From a candidate division FCPU426 bacterium (GTDB taxonomy: Bacteria; Oederibacteriota; PGYV01; Palsa-1178), in NCBI GenBank assembly GCA_963840035.1, contig CAWIXE010000002.1, positions 1,280,001-1,344,000 on the forward strand: 64,000 bases of DNA, written 5' to 3'. Below the pieces are notes generated by a model, which worked only from the letters and a program-made list of their open reading frames with translations, ran no database searches and was not told the origin of the DNA. Below are positions 28,131 to 38,062 of the stretch, piece after piece. Each line of letters begins with the position of its first letter. The first letter of the stretch is position 1. The position numbers and the translations under genes are program-made.

Positions 28131-31127
28131 CTAGAACAGCACATCCGCCTTTGAGTGCGGGCAGATGTTGAAGAAGGCGCAGTATTTGCAGACAAAGGCG
28201 CTCGGGGTGGCATCGAAGTTTCCTTTTCTTATATCCCCTGCCACCTCGTGTATCTGCGCTTCGTATTTATCCAGGGTGTCTTTCCTCATTTTCTTGGTGG
28301 CTATTATCCTTGACTCAAAAAAGTACACCCCGACCTCGTCTAAGGGCTTTCCAAAGACCTTTTCAAAAGATATGGAATAGAGCTTTAACTGCCTTGATAT
28401 GTTCACAGAGTCGAGCTTTTCCTCCGCCTTTTCAATATCCTTCACATCCGACGTCTTATAGTCTATGATGCGCCATTTCCCGTCTATCTCGTCCACCCTG
28501 TCCCACCTGCCGCGGACTATTATGTCGTCGCCGAGTTTGTATTCAAAATCCTTTTCCAGGTATTTCGGGACTATGTCATTCTTCATTTCCTCGTTATAGA
28601 AAGCCTCTATGGTATTTAAACCCTGTTCAAAACGTCTGGCCTCGTGCTGGGCTGATATGAAGCCGACCGGTTTCCACATGGACCTGAATATGTCCTTCAA
28701 TTCTTCAAGCTTTACCTGCCTGCCGTCCTGCCTGGCTTTAAAAAATTCCGAGGCCGCCTTGTGCATGGCCTGGCCGTAAATTATGTTGGGGTCTTCCTTG
28801 ATGGGCACGCGCAGGACATGTATGAGCCTGTATTTGTACGGGCACGTCAGGTAGTCGTCTATCTGGTAATTGGACAGCTTCAGGACCTTTGGCCCGGCAA
28901 CAACCGGCGCTTCCCTGACATCAACGGATATCTTTTCGAAAAATTTGAGCTTGTCTTCCCTGGATGTTTTGGCGAATGTTTCCGGCTCCTTATAGCCCAT
29001 CTCAAGGAGGAATATTGACGGCTTTTTATTTCCGGCGCCCTCATACTGTTTTGAATATGTAAGTATAAGGCTGTCCTTGGCCCTGGTAATGGCCACATAA
29101 AAGAGCCTGCGCTCCTCTTCCTGCATGTATAATTTCTCATCAACCATGTCTTTCATGATGGTTTCAGGCAGAGGGAACGGGAAACAGCCTTTGAAACGCG
29201 CCGGGAACTTTTCCTGTATCAGGGCCGCCACAAAAACCACCTTAAACTCAAGCCCCTTTGCCTTGTGTATCGTAGTCACCTGGACCGAATCTTCCTCAAC
29301 GTCCTCAAATATGTCGCTTGAAGGGTTATCCCCTGACTTCTGTCTTAGGTCTATGTAATTTACAAAGTTGTTTACCGTATCATAATCATCCGAGACCGAG
29401 AACTGCTTTAAGATATCAAAGAACTTTGATATATTTGCCACTTTCCTGTCAGATTCTATTGATTTATCCTTCAGCAGCCCCGCGAAGATATTGCGGTTCT
29501 TCACAAAATCATATAATATCTCGCCCGCGCTCCAGCCCTGCTTTACCAGGTCTGAATAGTATTCAGAGTCGCTGATTAACTTTGTCACTTTTTCCGCCGC
29601 TTCCGGGTCAAGCTCCAGCTCAGGGTAAGTATCGGGTTTTTTCATCATATCCAGCGCCGTTATCGAATACTCCCTGGCGCGGCTGCCTATTTTTGACATC
29701 ACATACGGGTCTATGGCGTAAAACTCGGATATGGCCACGTCAAAGACCGGGTTGAATTCATACGGGGTGGCCAGCATCCTGCAGAAATTAATGAGGAACT
29801 GCACCTCTTTCTTATTATATAACCCCTCATCCCCTGTAAACCTGTATGGTATGCCGCGCTTTTCAAGGGTTTTTAAGAACATCTTCGCGTCGTTTCTGGC
29901 GCGCAGCAGCATGGCAAAATCATTATATTTATACCTGCCCGCCTTTACGTGCCTTTCTATCTCATCCGCGATGAAGTCAGCCTCTTCCGAATAGCTCTGA
30001 AAACACTTTATGACAAGCGGGTCTATCTTATGGTCCGGCGTGTATTTTGACTCCAGGTGTTTTTCTATTCCGAGCCTGGTCTCAAGCCTGTCCGTATTAT
30101 TGCAGATGGACTTGTGCGCGGCATCCAGTATGGGCTGCACGGAACGGTAGTTGTTTTTCAGGACTACCACTTCAGCGTCCTTATAGCATTCCTTAAACCC
30201 CATGATGTTTGAGATGGCGGCGCCGCGGAAACGGTAAATCATCTGGTCATCGTCTCCCACCACGGTTATGTTGTTGTATTTCCCCGCGATAAGCTTTATG
30301 AGCTCGAACTGGGCGTAATTTGTATCCTGGAACTCGTCTATCAATATGAACTTATAACGCCGCTGATACTTTAGCAGGACTGATTTCTTTTCCTTTAAAA
30401 GGTAAAACGGGACCATGATAAGGTCCCCGAAGTCCATGTAATTTTTTTCAATCTTCAGCCTTTCATAATTGCGGTAAAACCCCGCCAGCTCCTTATGTTC
30501 GGCAAGTATCTCTTCAAAAGCCTGTTTATCCTCGCCCGCGCCCTTTTGTTCAAATTCAGCCACAAACCCGTCATACATATCCGGGGTTATTAAGTTATCT
30601 TTAAGTTTTGATATGAAATTGGTGAGCTCTCCCACATACATGGCGGGGTTGTTCATGGGCCGGTAAAGCTTAAGCCCCATCTCCTCAATGTGCTCGACAA
30701 TGAAGATTATGGAATCGGGTTTTTTCATTATCTGCCAGTCAGGCGCGATGCGCAGCTCGGCGAACGAGTCCCCTATGATGTCATGGCCGAATGAATGGAA
30801 GGTGGAAATATGGGTGTCTATCATGCCGTAAGGCACAAGCGTATCCACCCTGCGCTGCATTTCTTTGGCGGCTTTTTCGGAGAATGTGAGTGCGAGTATT
30901 TCCTCAGGCTTGGCGAGTTTTGAGTTGATGAGCCAGGCTATACGCTCGGTAATGACCCGGGTCTTTCCTGTTCCCGCGCCGGCGACTATGAGGATCGGCC
31001 CTTCTTTATGATGTATGGCCTTTTCCTGCGAAGGGTCTGCCTGTGAGGATGTATCCGGCTGCTCGCCGAGCAAAAAAGACTCTATCTGTGATTCAGCCTG
31101 TTTTAAAGTTTTCTTTTTCTTTGCCAT
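28131..31127 (-). CDS. UvrD/PcrA-family helicase fused to PD-(D/E)XK nuclease with 4-Cys motif
   Basis: AGAGTGKT, LIDEFQDTN, VGDDDQMIYRFRGA, NYRS, TIHKAKGLEF, EERRLFYVAITRAK; C-terminal CPY, GRWDRVD..IIDYKT, CKYCAFFNIC. Confidence 0.92.
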   Translation of the reverse strand: MAKKKKTLKQAESQIESFLLGEQPDTSSQADPSQEKAIHHKEGPILIVAGAGTGKTRVITERIAWLINSKLAKPEEILALTFSEKAAKEMQRRVDTLVPYGMIDTHISTFHSFGHDIIGDSFAELRIAPDWQIMKKPDSIIFIVEHIEEMGLKLYRPMNNPAMYVGELTNFISKLKDNLITPDMYDGFVAEFEQKGAGEDKQAFEEILAEHKELAGFYRNYERLKIEKNYMDFGDLIMVPFYLLKEKKSVLLKYQRRYKFILIDEFQDTNYAQFELIKLIAGKYNNITVVGDDDQMIYRFRGAAISNIMGFKECYKDAEVVVLKNNYRSVQPILDAAHKSICNNTDRLETRLGIEKHLESKYTPDHKIDPLVIKCFQSYSEEADFIADEIERHVKAGRYKYNDFAMLLRARNDAKMFLKTLEKRGIPYRFTGDEGLYNKKEVQFLINFCRMLATPYEFNPVFDVAISEFYAIDPYVMSKIGSRAREYSITALDMMKKPDTYPELELDPEAAEKVTKLISDSEYYSDLVKQGWSAGEILYDFVKNRNIFAGLLKDKSIESDRKVANISKFFDILKQFSVSDDYDTVNNFVNYIDLRQKSGDNPSSDIFEDVEEDSVQVTTIHKAKGLEFKVVFVAALIQEKFPARFKGCFPFPLPETIMKDMVDEKLYMQEEERRLFYVAITRAKDSLILTYSKQYEGAGNKKPSIFLLEMGYKEPETFAKTSREDKLKFFEKISVDVREAPVVAGPKVLKLSNYQIDDYLTCPYKYRLIHVLRVPIKEDPNIIYGQAMHKAASEFFKARQDGRQVKLEELKDIFRSMWKPVGFISAQHEARRFEQGLNTIEAFYNEEMKNDIVPKYLEKDFEYKLGDDIIVRGRWDRVDEIDGKWRIIDYKTSDVKDIEKAEEKLDSVNISRQLKLYSISFEKVFGKPLDEVGVYFFESRIIATKKMRKDTLDKYEAQIHEVAGDIRKGNFDATPSAFVCKYCAFFNICPHSKADVLF

Positions 31128-31133
31128 GGAAGG

Positions 31134-31162
31134 ATTATAGCATATTTAGGGCGTGTAGTTAA
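31134..31162 (-). promoter_or_regulatory. Promoter, probably giving a leaderless mRNA
   Basis: TTAACT-17-TATAAT with extended TG; the -10 ends 6 nt before ATG 31127. Confidence 0.5.
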
Positions 31163-31231
31163 TCACAAATCCCAAATCACAGATCCCAAAGAAAACCGTG
31201 GTTTGGGATTTGTAATTTGGGATTTTTGATT
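31161..31231. repeat. Inverted heptamer arrays (AAATCCC / GGGATTT family)
   Basis: aatcacaaatcccaaatcacagatcccaaa ... tttgggatttgtaatttgggatttttgatt. Confidence 0.8.
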
Positions 31232-31589
31232 AGTTTAAAGCCAGACTCTCCGCGACTTCAGCCGCCAGAATCCGCCTGTATACGAATGAATACTCATCCT
31301 TGTTTTCCCAGATAACCTCGTAGATAACATCCTTTATCATATCGCCCTGGGGCTCAAGCATTTCGATTTCCGTGTCCATGCCCGCATTATAAATATTCGC
31401 CATTTTTAGCTTCTTAAATACCCGCACCATATTCTTCAGCTTATCATCCGGAAGCCCGAGAAATCCTGCAAGCACACCGATATTTACCCTGTCATAACGC
31501 TTTGAGTAGTTAATGTTAAAGCAGATAAGGGCAATTGCCTCAGGATAGGACAGCAGTTCTTTTAAGTCATCATAACGGTTTTGCGCCAT
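31230..31589 (-). CDS. Hypothetical protein, possible winged-helix fold
   Basis: 119 aa, AGGAG RBS; segment VNIGVLAGFLGLPDDKLKNMVRVFKKLKMANI resembles a wHTH. Confidence 0.6.
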   Translation of the reverse strand: MAQNRYDDLKELLSYPEAIALICFNINYSKRYDRVNIGVLAGFLGLPDDKLKNMVRVFKKLKMANIYNAGMDTEIEMLEPQGDMIKDVIYEVIWENKDEYSFVYRRILAAEVAESLALN

Positions 31590-31660
31590 TTCATGTCTCC
31601 TTTTTGTATATACATTAGACACGAAAACGGCGAAAAAGTTGCATTATTTCTTTGTGTTCT

Positions 31661-31732
31661 TAATCACAAATCCCAGATCCCAAAAAAAACGCAATTTGGG
31701 ACTTGGGACTTGGGACTTGGGACTTGTGATTA
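31661..31732. repeat. Inverted heptamer arrays (AAATCCC / GGGACTT family)
   Basis: taatcacaaatcccagatcccaaa ... tttggga cttggga cttggga cttggga cttgtgatta. Confidence 0.8.
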
Positions 31733-34700
31733 ACGAATTACTACCAAAACCCCTATTTTAAAAGCACTTTCATTGCCTGTTTCGCCGTAGGTCAGGACAT
31801 ACATATAAGTCCCGTTTGCGAGTTCTTTAAGGTAATTTCCGCTGACTTGTCCCTGATTTAACCCGGACGGCCTGACAGCCCATGCTTCTTCCCTGACCAG
31901 CCTGTATGAATTGGTAAATATCCTGAACCTGACTGTTTTTGCGGTTGCTTTTAAGTTGTACCATATAGTAATTCCGCTTTTATCAGGGTTAACCGGGTTC
32001 GGATAAACAAGCACTTCATTATCATTTTGCGGCATGGTTACGGAGTGCGTTGGTGTTATTGTGGGGGTTATGGTTACTGTCGGGACAATATTTGGCGTTT
32101 TGGTTTTTGTAAAGGTATATGCCGGCGTGGGGGTTTTTGTAAAAGTGCGCGTCCAGGTACGCGTCGCAGTAACAGTCGCGGTAGGGCTAAAAGACGGCGT
32201 TTCAGTGGCTGACGCCGTAAATGTTTCTGTTATAGTCATTGTCCCTGTTGCCGTCATAGTGTATGTAAATGTCGGCGTATCTGTTTCCGTCGGCGGCGTG
32301 CCCGTTATGGTCTGTGTCGGGCTGTAATCCGGAGTTTCTGTTTTGGTACTGGTAAAAGTCGTGCTTTGTGTTTTTGTGGATGTCATGGTAGCGGTTGATG
32401 TCGCGGTTTTTGTGTTGCTTGGGGATGGTGTAAATGTGACAGTCCTTGAATAAGTCGGGGTCGCCGTAGCCGCCTTTGAATGCAGCACGAGGTTGTCCAT
32501 GTAAAACACGCCGGTTTTGATTGCCGCAGGGTCGCTGTTTAGCGCAAAAAAGTAATTCACTATGGGGTCCGCCGCCGAAAGTGGCGCGGGATTTGGCTGT
32601 GTCGCATGGCTGTCCGTGTCCAGCGCCGGGTCCAGGATAAATGTCAGGTGGTTCATCCCTGACTGTATGGTCACCGGGCCTGTCAGTTTTCTGTAGTCCT
32701 TTCCATTTGATGTATCGACAAAAAGCTGAAGTTCATGCCAGCCCGAACCCGCGAGCCACGGCAGGTTTGCCGGGTCCACGTAAACATCCATGGTAAGCGT
32801 CTCATACCCGCTCCAGTCCGTGGTTGTTATGCCGTTGCAGAAAATAATCTGATCATTCCATCCTGCCGCGGCTGTGATATCAACTTTTACAGAACCGGTA
32901 CCTTCAAAAATAGCGGCCGGAACCGTTGTATTTATGGTTACCGTGGAATTTGTGCCTCCGGCAAGGGTCCCGTTGTATGTCAGCGAATCGCATGTATTAA
33001 GTATGGTAACAGGCGTCGTGGCTGTCGCGGTTAAGGTCGGAGTGGCTGACCAGTTTGGCGTACTTGTCCTTGATGCCGTCCTTGTGGAAGTTGGCGTAGA
33101 GGTCCAATTTGGCGTGTTGGTCGGTGTCGCGCCTGACTTTATAATAAAATGGAAGGCCGAATGCGCCGGGACCGAATACGAGAAAACGTTTCCGGAAATC
33201 GACGGCGCTGTCCTTAAGGTAATCGCGGAACTCGCGCCTCCAAAAGCCCAGGCCTCGCCCGATGTATACGTCTGCGCGCTTGCGATTGACACATTGGCAG
33301 TCTGCGCGGTGGCAGCCTTATTTAACACAATTACATGCACCGTCGAATCATCGCTTCCTGTTATAGACGCGTAGCATGTTATGTTCGGTATGTCATTTGA
33401 ATCGCACTGGACATTGGTATCTCCGTAGGTCCCGTTGGAACCGTTGTAATTGCGGTACAATTTGTACGCTGCAGAGTGGAATAGCCCGTAGCCGGATTTC
33501 CACATGGTGGCAAAGTATACGCCGTACTTCCCGAATATTCCAAGCACGTCAGCCAGGCATATTCCCCCGGAATAATCATTGCCGCCTCCAAATCCGTGCT
33601 CTGTAATGGCGATTTTTGTGCCGGGGTAATATGTATTTATCGAAGCCTGCACCTTCGGAAGCAGGGGCAACCCGTAGGTCCAGCTGTTTAACACATTTTC
33701 CCCTAGCGAGCTGTTCTCAACATATGTTGCGTCCCATAGCGACCTGGGCGATTGGAGGCGCGCCAGTGCCGCCGCCGTTGACGTACAGCCATCCGCTGTT
33801 ATCCTGCACTGGCCGCCCGAGAAATTAAACGGCGGGTACAGCCCTTCCCTTGCCTCGGAATAATAATGAATGTCTATGGCGTCGAGCAGCCTGCGTCCGT
33901 CCGCATCAGAAGCGGATTTCATCTGCTTTAAATAATAATCAACATACCACGAATAAGTGCCTTTCAGGGAAGCCCAATCAGCCCCTACGCTGGCCATGGT
34001 CCATACGCCGTAAAACGCCGGGCCGAAAACCTGCGCGTACTGGTCCACATCCTTGATGGCCTTGGAAAGGCTTATGCCCTTGTTCACCCACTCTGCCGCG
34101 CCGACAGGGGCCGGGTGGATGAGCGGGTGCGTCCCGTCCCACGCGTCCCCCTCGTTATCAAGCTGGTATATTTTAACCCCGGTCTGGGTCGAGGCATTGC
34201 CGTATTTTTGAACCAGGTGCCATACTTCCTCATCATCATATACATAACCGTCGCCGGTATCCGGCGGGAAAGCAAAAGCGCTCCCTTTTTTGAATACCAC
34301 CTGTTTCCATCTTGCTGACGGCGCAATTTCCGCCGCAGATACGGTCCCGTTCTTGTCAGCCGCGACGTACCCGGCCATGGGAAGCGTGAGTATGGACACG
34401 TAGTTGCGGCTGTTGCAGTATTCCACGAAATGATCTATGACTGAGGCAGGTGACGCGCATTCCGCGGCCGAGACGGGATACTCAGTGGCTCCGCACATGT
34501 AGTCGTCGCTTGACTGGAACCAGTCCGCACCGGCATTGGACGCGTTATTTTCCCAATTGTAACCGGTCATCCTGTTGCCGCCCAAACGCATGCAGGTTAA
34601 GTTTTCATCGCCTTCCATCTGCTGGTTGGTGCCGTAGATATAGGGGCTTATGGCAGAGCGGTTGTTATTTGTGTTTATTGTTATGGTGGCGGCATATGAC

Positions 34701-34747
34701 AGCTGTGCAAATATTAACGTGAAAACAAACGCAAGTTTTAGCCTCAT
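31730..34747 (-). CDS. Secreted GH44 endoglucanase/xyloglucanase + CBM-like module + Thr-rich linkers + YPNP C-terminal domain
   Basis: ISPYIYGTN, RLGGNRMTGYNWENNASNAG.DW, LDNE, RLLDAIDIHYY, PGTKIAITE; T-rich tracts; C-terminal YPNP...NGTY...LVVIR. Confidence 0.88.
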   Translation of the reverse strand: MRLKLAFVFTLIFAQLSYAATITINTNNNRSAISPYIYGTNQQMEGDENLTCMRLGGNRMTGYNWENNASNAGADWFQSSDDYMCGATEYPVSAAECASPASVIDHFVEYCNSRNYVSILTLPMAGYVAADKNGTVSAAEIAPSARWKQVVFKKGSAFAFPPDTGDGYVYDDEEVWHLVQKYGNASTQTGVKIYQLDNEGDAWDGTHPLIHPAPVGAAEWVNKGISLSKAIKDVDQYAQVFGPAFYGVWTMASVGADWASLKGTYSWYVDYYLKQMKSASDADGRRLLDAIDIHYYSEAREGLYPPFNFSGGQCRITADGCTSTAAALARLQSPRSLWDATYVENSSLGENVLNSWTYGLPLLPKVQASINTYYPGTKIAITEHGFGGGNDYSGGICLADVLGIFGKYGVYFATMWKSGYGLFHSAAYKLYRNYNGSNGTYGDTNVQCDSNDIPNITCYASITGSDDSTVHVIVLNKAATAQTANVSIASAQTYTSGEAWAFGGASSAITLRTAPSISGNVFSYSVPAHSAFHFIIKSGATPTNTPNWTSTPTSTRTASRTSTPNWSATPTLTATATTPVTILNTCDSLTYNGTLAGGTNSTVTINTTVPAAIFEGTGSVKVDITAAAGWNDQIIFCNGITTTDWSGYETLTMDVYVDPANLPWLAGSGWHELQLFVDTSNGKDYRKLTGPVTIQSGMNHLTFILDPALDTDSHATQPNPAPLSAADPIVNYFFALNSDPAAIKTGVFYMDNLVLHSKAATATPTYSRTVTFTPSPSNTKTATSTATMTSTKTQSTTFTSTKTETPDYSPTQTITGTPPTETDTPTFTYTMTATGTMTITETFTASATETPSFSPTATVTATRTWTRTFTKTPTPAYTFTKTKTPNIVPTVTITPTITPTHSVTMPQNDNEVLVYPNPVNPDKSGITIWYNLKATAKTVRFRIFTNSYRLVREEAWAVRPSGLNQGQVSGNYLKELANGTYMYVLTYGETGNESAFKIGVLVVIR

Positions 34748-34758
34748 AGTCATCCTTT

Positions 34759-37700
34759 TTATTTTATTATCAACAAAAGTTTTATCGTTGATTTTTCTTC
34801 CCTGCTGCCGTAATTATATTCAACCTGCATAAAATAGGTGCCATTCGACATTGATTTAAAGCCGCTTTTGCTTAAATATACCACCTGTTTTCCGGGGCTT
34901 AAAGTGTTAAACTTTTCCGATAAAACACACCTGAACGAATTGGTATACACCTTTACTATAACGTCCGAAACCTTCGCCGGTTGCAGTACAATTCCGAGAT
35001 CCTGCGCCCCATCCGGGTCAAACGGGTTCGGAAAAACAGTTAAAACATCAGGAACGAGCGGCGCGGCGAATATGGTCGGGGTCATGGTGCCGGTTGGCGG
35101 TATGGTAATGGATGTTGTCGGCGTCATGGTTTTAGTCGCTGTAGCAGATGGCTGCGGCGTACGCGTAAAAGTCCATGTAAATATTGCTGATGTCCACGTT
35201 AAAGTTGGCGTGGCTGTCACTGTATTTGTTGAAGTATTCTCCGTAGTCTGCGTCAGAGTAGCCGTACGCGTCGCGGTATATGACGGCGTATTTGTGGCCG
35301 TATGCGTCAGGTAAGGAGGCACAAATGCCGGGCATAATTCATTTGACGCGTCAGCCTGCACAAGCACATTGCCCGCCCCCGAAGCGTCCATTAGATACAG
35401 ATTATAATTTCCCGGGCTGTTATTTACATAAACAATCTTAGAGCCGTCAGCGTTGTAATAGGGGTCGTCATTATCACCCGTTAATGACGAGACAACGGAT
35501 TTACCGCTTCCGGAGTAATCCATGGTAAAGATATTATCCGGCTGGCCCGCCGATGTTTTTGATACAAATAAAATCTCATCCGACAACGGGTTGCATGACG
35601 GGTACCAGTCCGGCATTGTATTATTTGTCAGCCTCACCGGCCCCGTCCCATTTGCATTCATCAGATAAATCTCATCTGTCAGGGAGTCGCCGGGCGTCAA
35701 ACGCGACACAAATACTATCTGCGAACCGTCCCGGGTGAAATCAGGGTCCCATTCTTCCGACGAAGCCATTCCCGCGGTCAAATTTACCTGGCCCGTCCCG
35801 TCCGAATTCATGATAAATATATCGCCGTAACCGTCATCCCTGTTTGACTTGAAAACAATCCTTGCGCCATCCGGTGAAAATGACGGGTCCCATTCAGTCG
35901 CGCCATTGCTTGTAAGCCTTGTAATTGAAAAATCATCCATATCCATTTTGTATATCTGGTAATTACCGCTCCTGTCGCTGGTAAACACCATCCAGTTTCC
36001 GTCTCTGGACATCATCGGGTTAAAGTCATTATACGCGTTGCTTGAGATGTTCGTTTCCACTCCGTTTGAAAGGTCGCGCGAGTAAATCTGCTCCTTGCCT
36101 CCCCTGTCAGAACAAAAAACAATTAAACCCGTAAGGCCGGTTACAGATGTGCCTGTAGCGGTGGGAGTATTCACAGCAGTACTGGTATTAGTAGCGGTAT
36201 TAGTCCGGGTGTCGGTATTAACCGGAGTATTTGTCCCGGTGCGTGTTGCCGTCTGTGTCGCCGTAGATGTATCCTCTGCCTGAGTATTTGTTGACGTGGG
36301 TGTGGCAGAGCGCGTATATGTGGCCGTGGGGCTGTGAGTGCGCGTATCAGTATCAGTTATAACAGGTGTGCCGCTGCCGGTGCCTGTCGGCGTGGATGAC
36401 GCGGTCTGTGTGCGCGTGGGCGTGGGTGTTGCTGTCTGAGTATGCGTCTTTGTGGCTGTCCGGGTTGCGGTTTTAGTCTGCGTCACAGTGGGTGTCATGG
36501 TGGCTGACATGCAGCTTATAAACGCGGATACTTCGGGCCTGTTGATTACATACGGGCTGCCATATACCGATTGTACATGCGCGAGCGAATTTTGAGCAGT
36601 ATCATTTTCAAAACCGTTCCATGTCATGAAGTACAACCAGCGCGCGCCTTCTGACTGCGCCTGCGCCATGTCCGGAATTGTTCCGGTTTCTGTCAGAGCC
36701 ACCATTTTATTCCCGTTTACCATGCTGAGTATATTGTAATATACAGAAGTGGACGGGCTATAATCAAGCCCGTTTAAATATATGTCCGCGCCGACTATGT
36801 CCACATACGCGTCTCCCGGATACCAGTTTATGGACTGCGCATTGTCCTGGCTGGTCCACACCCAAATGAGGTTGTTCAACCCGTGGTAATTTGTAAGCCT
36901 GTCATATACAAGCCTGTAAAGGCGCACGCACGCGTCATACCCCTGAGAACCCCACCAGAACCAGCCTCCCTGAGCCTCATGTAAAGGCCTCCACAAAACA
37001 GGAACCCCGGCGTCGCGCAGTTTTTTAAGCTGAACCGCAATCGCGTCAATGTCCCGCAGTATGTCAAGATAGTCCTGGGATGCCGGGTTATCCATTGCAT
37101 ATTTTACGTCAAAAGTTGAACAGGTATTATAGAAACCCCTCCACCATTCGCAGCCCGCCGTATTGCTGAGCTTGTTTGGCGCGTTCCAGTGCCACTGAAA
37201 CTGCACTATGCCGCCCGCCTGGTGCCATGCTATGGCTTTCTCAGCTTCAGTGGAAGTCGCGCCGAACGCCACGCGCGACGGCGAATAATCCATCATATCA
37301 AAACCTTTTATGGCGGGATATTGACCTGTGGCGGTATTAATCCATGTAACATCAGCGTCGCCGCACTGGCCCGATACTATGTTGCTTCCATAAATATCCG
37401 CAAAATAGTTCAGCAGGCAGTTTACTGCGGCGGTAGAATTAGGGTTAACCGGTATCCTGTTGCCCATAATCGGAGGAACTACGGCGGCCTCAACCCCGAA
37501 CCAGTCAATGTCCACCCAACCCCATGTGGCCACGATCTTAATCTCATTATTGCCCGCCATAAGCGGGACCATTCCCGCGGTAATAGTTGTAAATCCGGCG
37601 TTAACCGGAAAAACAACCCCAGCCTGGCGCGTGCCGTTTGCGTACAGGTCATTTTCCTTATAATCGGGCGCGTAGTAACGGATAGTTATGGTATACATGC

Positions 37701-37893
37701 CGCCTGTCGGCACGTTAACAGTTACAGCGCATGACGCCGGAGTACCGTCTATGCCGACACACGCCACACCCAGTGTTGTTGTGTCCGTGGCGTTGCCCGT
37801 ATTAACCCCATTTTCCGCCTGGTAAATGACAGGGGCGGAAAAAAGCAAAACTGTCAGTGTGATAAATGCCGCTGTGAATACTGCTCGTTTCAT
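34759..37893 (-). CDS. Secreted CBM35-like + GH26 beta-mannanase + Thr-rich linker + TolB/PD40 beta-propeller + FPNP C-terminal domain
   Basis: YQAE...WGWVDID; WHWNAP, VLWRPLHEAQGGWFWWG, WYPGDAYVDIVGAD, ALTETG; PSFSPDGARIVF repeats; C-terminal FPNP...NGTY...LLIIK. Confidence 0.88.
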   Translation of the reverse strand: MKRAVFTAAFITLTVLLFSAPVIYQAENGVNTGNATDTTTLGVACVGIDGTPASCAVTVNVPTGGMYTITIRYYAPDYKENDLYANGTRQAGVVFPVNAGFTTITAGMVPLMAGNNEIKIVATWGWVDIDWFGVEAAVVPPIMGNRIPVNPNSTAAVNCLLNYFADIYGSNIVSGQCGDADVTWINTATGQYPAIKGFDMMDYSPSRVAFGATSTEAEKAIAWHQAGGIVQFQWHWNAPNKLSNTAGCEWWRGFYNTCSTFDVKYAMDNPASQDYLDILRDIDAIAVQLKKLRDAGVPVLWRPLHEAQGGWFWWGSQGYDACVRLYRLVYDRLTNYHGLNNLIWVWTSQDNAQSINWYPGDAYVDIVGADIYLNGLDYSPSTSVYYNILSMVNGNKMVALTETGTIPDMAQAQSEGARWLYFMTWNGFENDTAQNSLAHVQSVYGSPYVINRPEVSAFISCMSATMTPTVTQTKTATRTATKTHTQTATPTPTRTQTASSTPTGTGSGTPVITDTDTRTHSPTATYTRSATPTSTNTQAEDTSTATQTATRTGTNTPVNTDTRTNTATNTSTAVNTPTATGTSVTGLTGLIVFCSDRGGKEQIYSRDLSNGVETNISSNAYNDFNPMMSRDGNWMVFTSDRSGNYQIYKMDMDDFSITRLTSNGATEWDPSFSPDGARIVFKSNRDDGYGDIFIMNSDGTGQVNLTAGMASSEEWDPDFTRDGSQIVFVSRLTPGDSLTDEIYLMNANGTGPVRLTNNTMPDWYPSCNPLSDEILFVSKTSAGQPDNIFTMDYSGSGKSVVSSLTGDNDDPYYNADGSKIVYVNNSPGNYNLYLMDASGAGNVLVQADASNELCPAFVPPYLTHTATNTPSYTATRTATLTQTTENTSTNTVTATPTLTWTSAIFTWTFTRTPQPSATATKTMTPTTSITIPPTGTMTPTIFAAPLVPDVLTVFPNPFDPDGAQDLGIVLQPAKVSDVIVKVYTNSFRCVLSEKFNTLSPGKQVVYLSKSGFKSMSNGTYFMQVEYNYGSREEKSTIKLLLIIK

Positions 37894-38062
37894 AATGCCC
37901 TCATTTATTGACTATTGTCGATTGTCCATTGTCTATTCCTGGTATTTAGACAATGCCGGCTTTAATATGTTCTTATTATAACGTATTTATTGCGGGGTTT
38001 CAAACTATGATTAAGCGGTAAATCAAAATGTTTTAGTTTTATCTGTTTGGTTTTATATGGTT

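Noticed and set aside
28131..28890. Cas4-like nuclease as a sign of a CRISPR or defence locus
   Set aside because: It is the C-terminal domain of a UvrD helicase, and there are no cas or defence genes nearby.
32030..32470. Thr-rich tracts as DNA tandem repeats or VNTRs
   Set aside because: Codons are varied; this is protein-level low complexity, not a nucleotide repeat.
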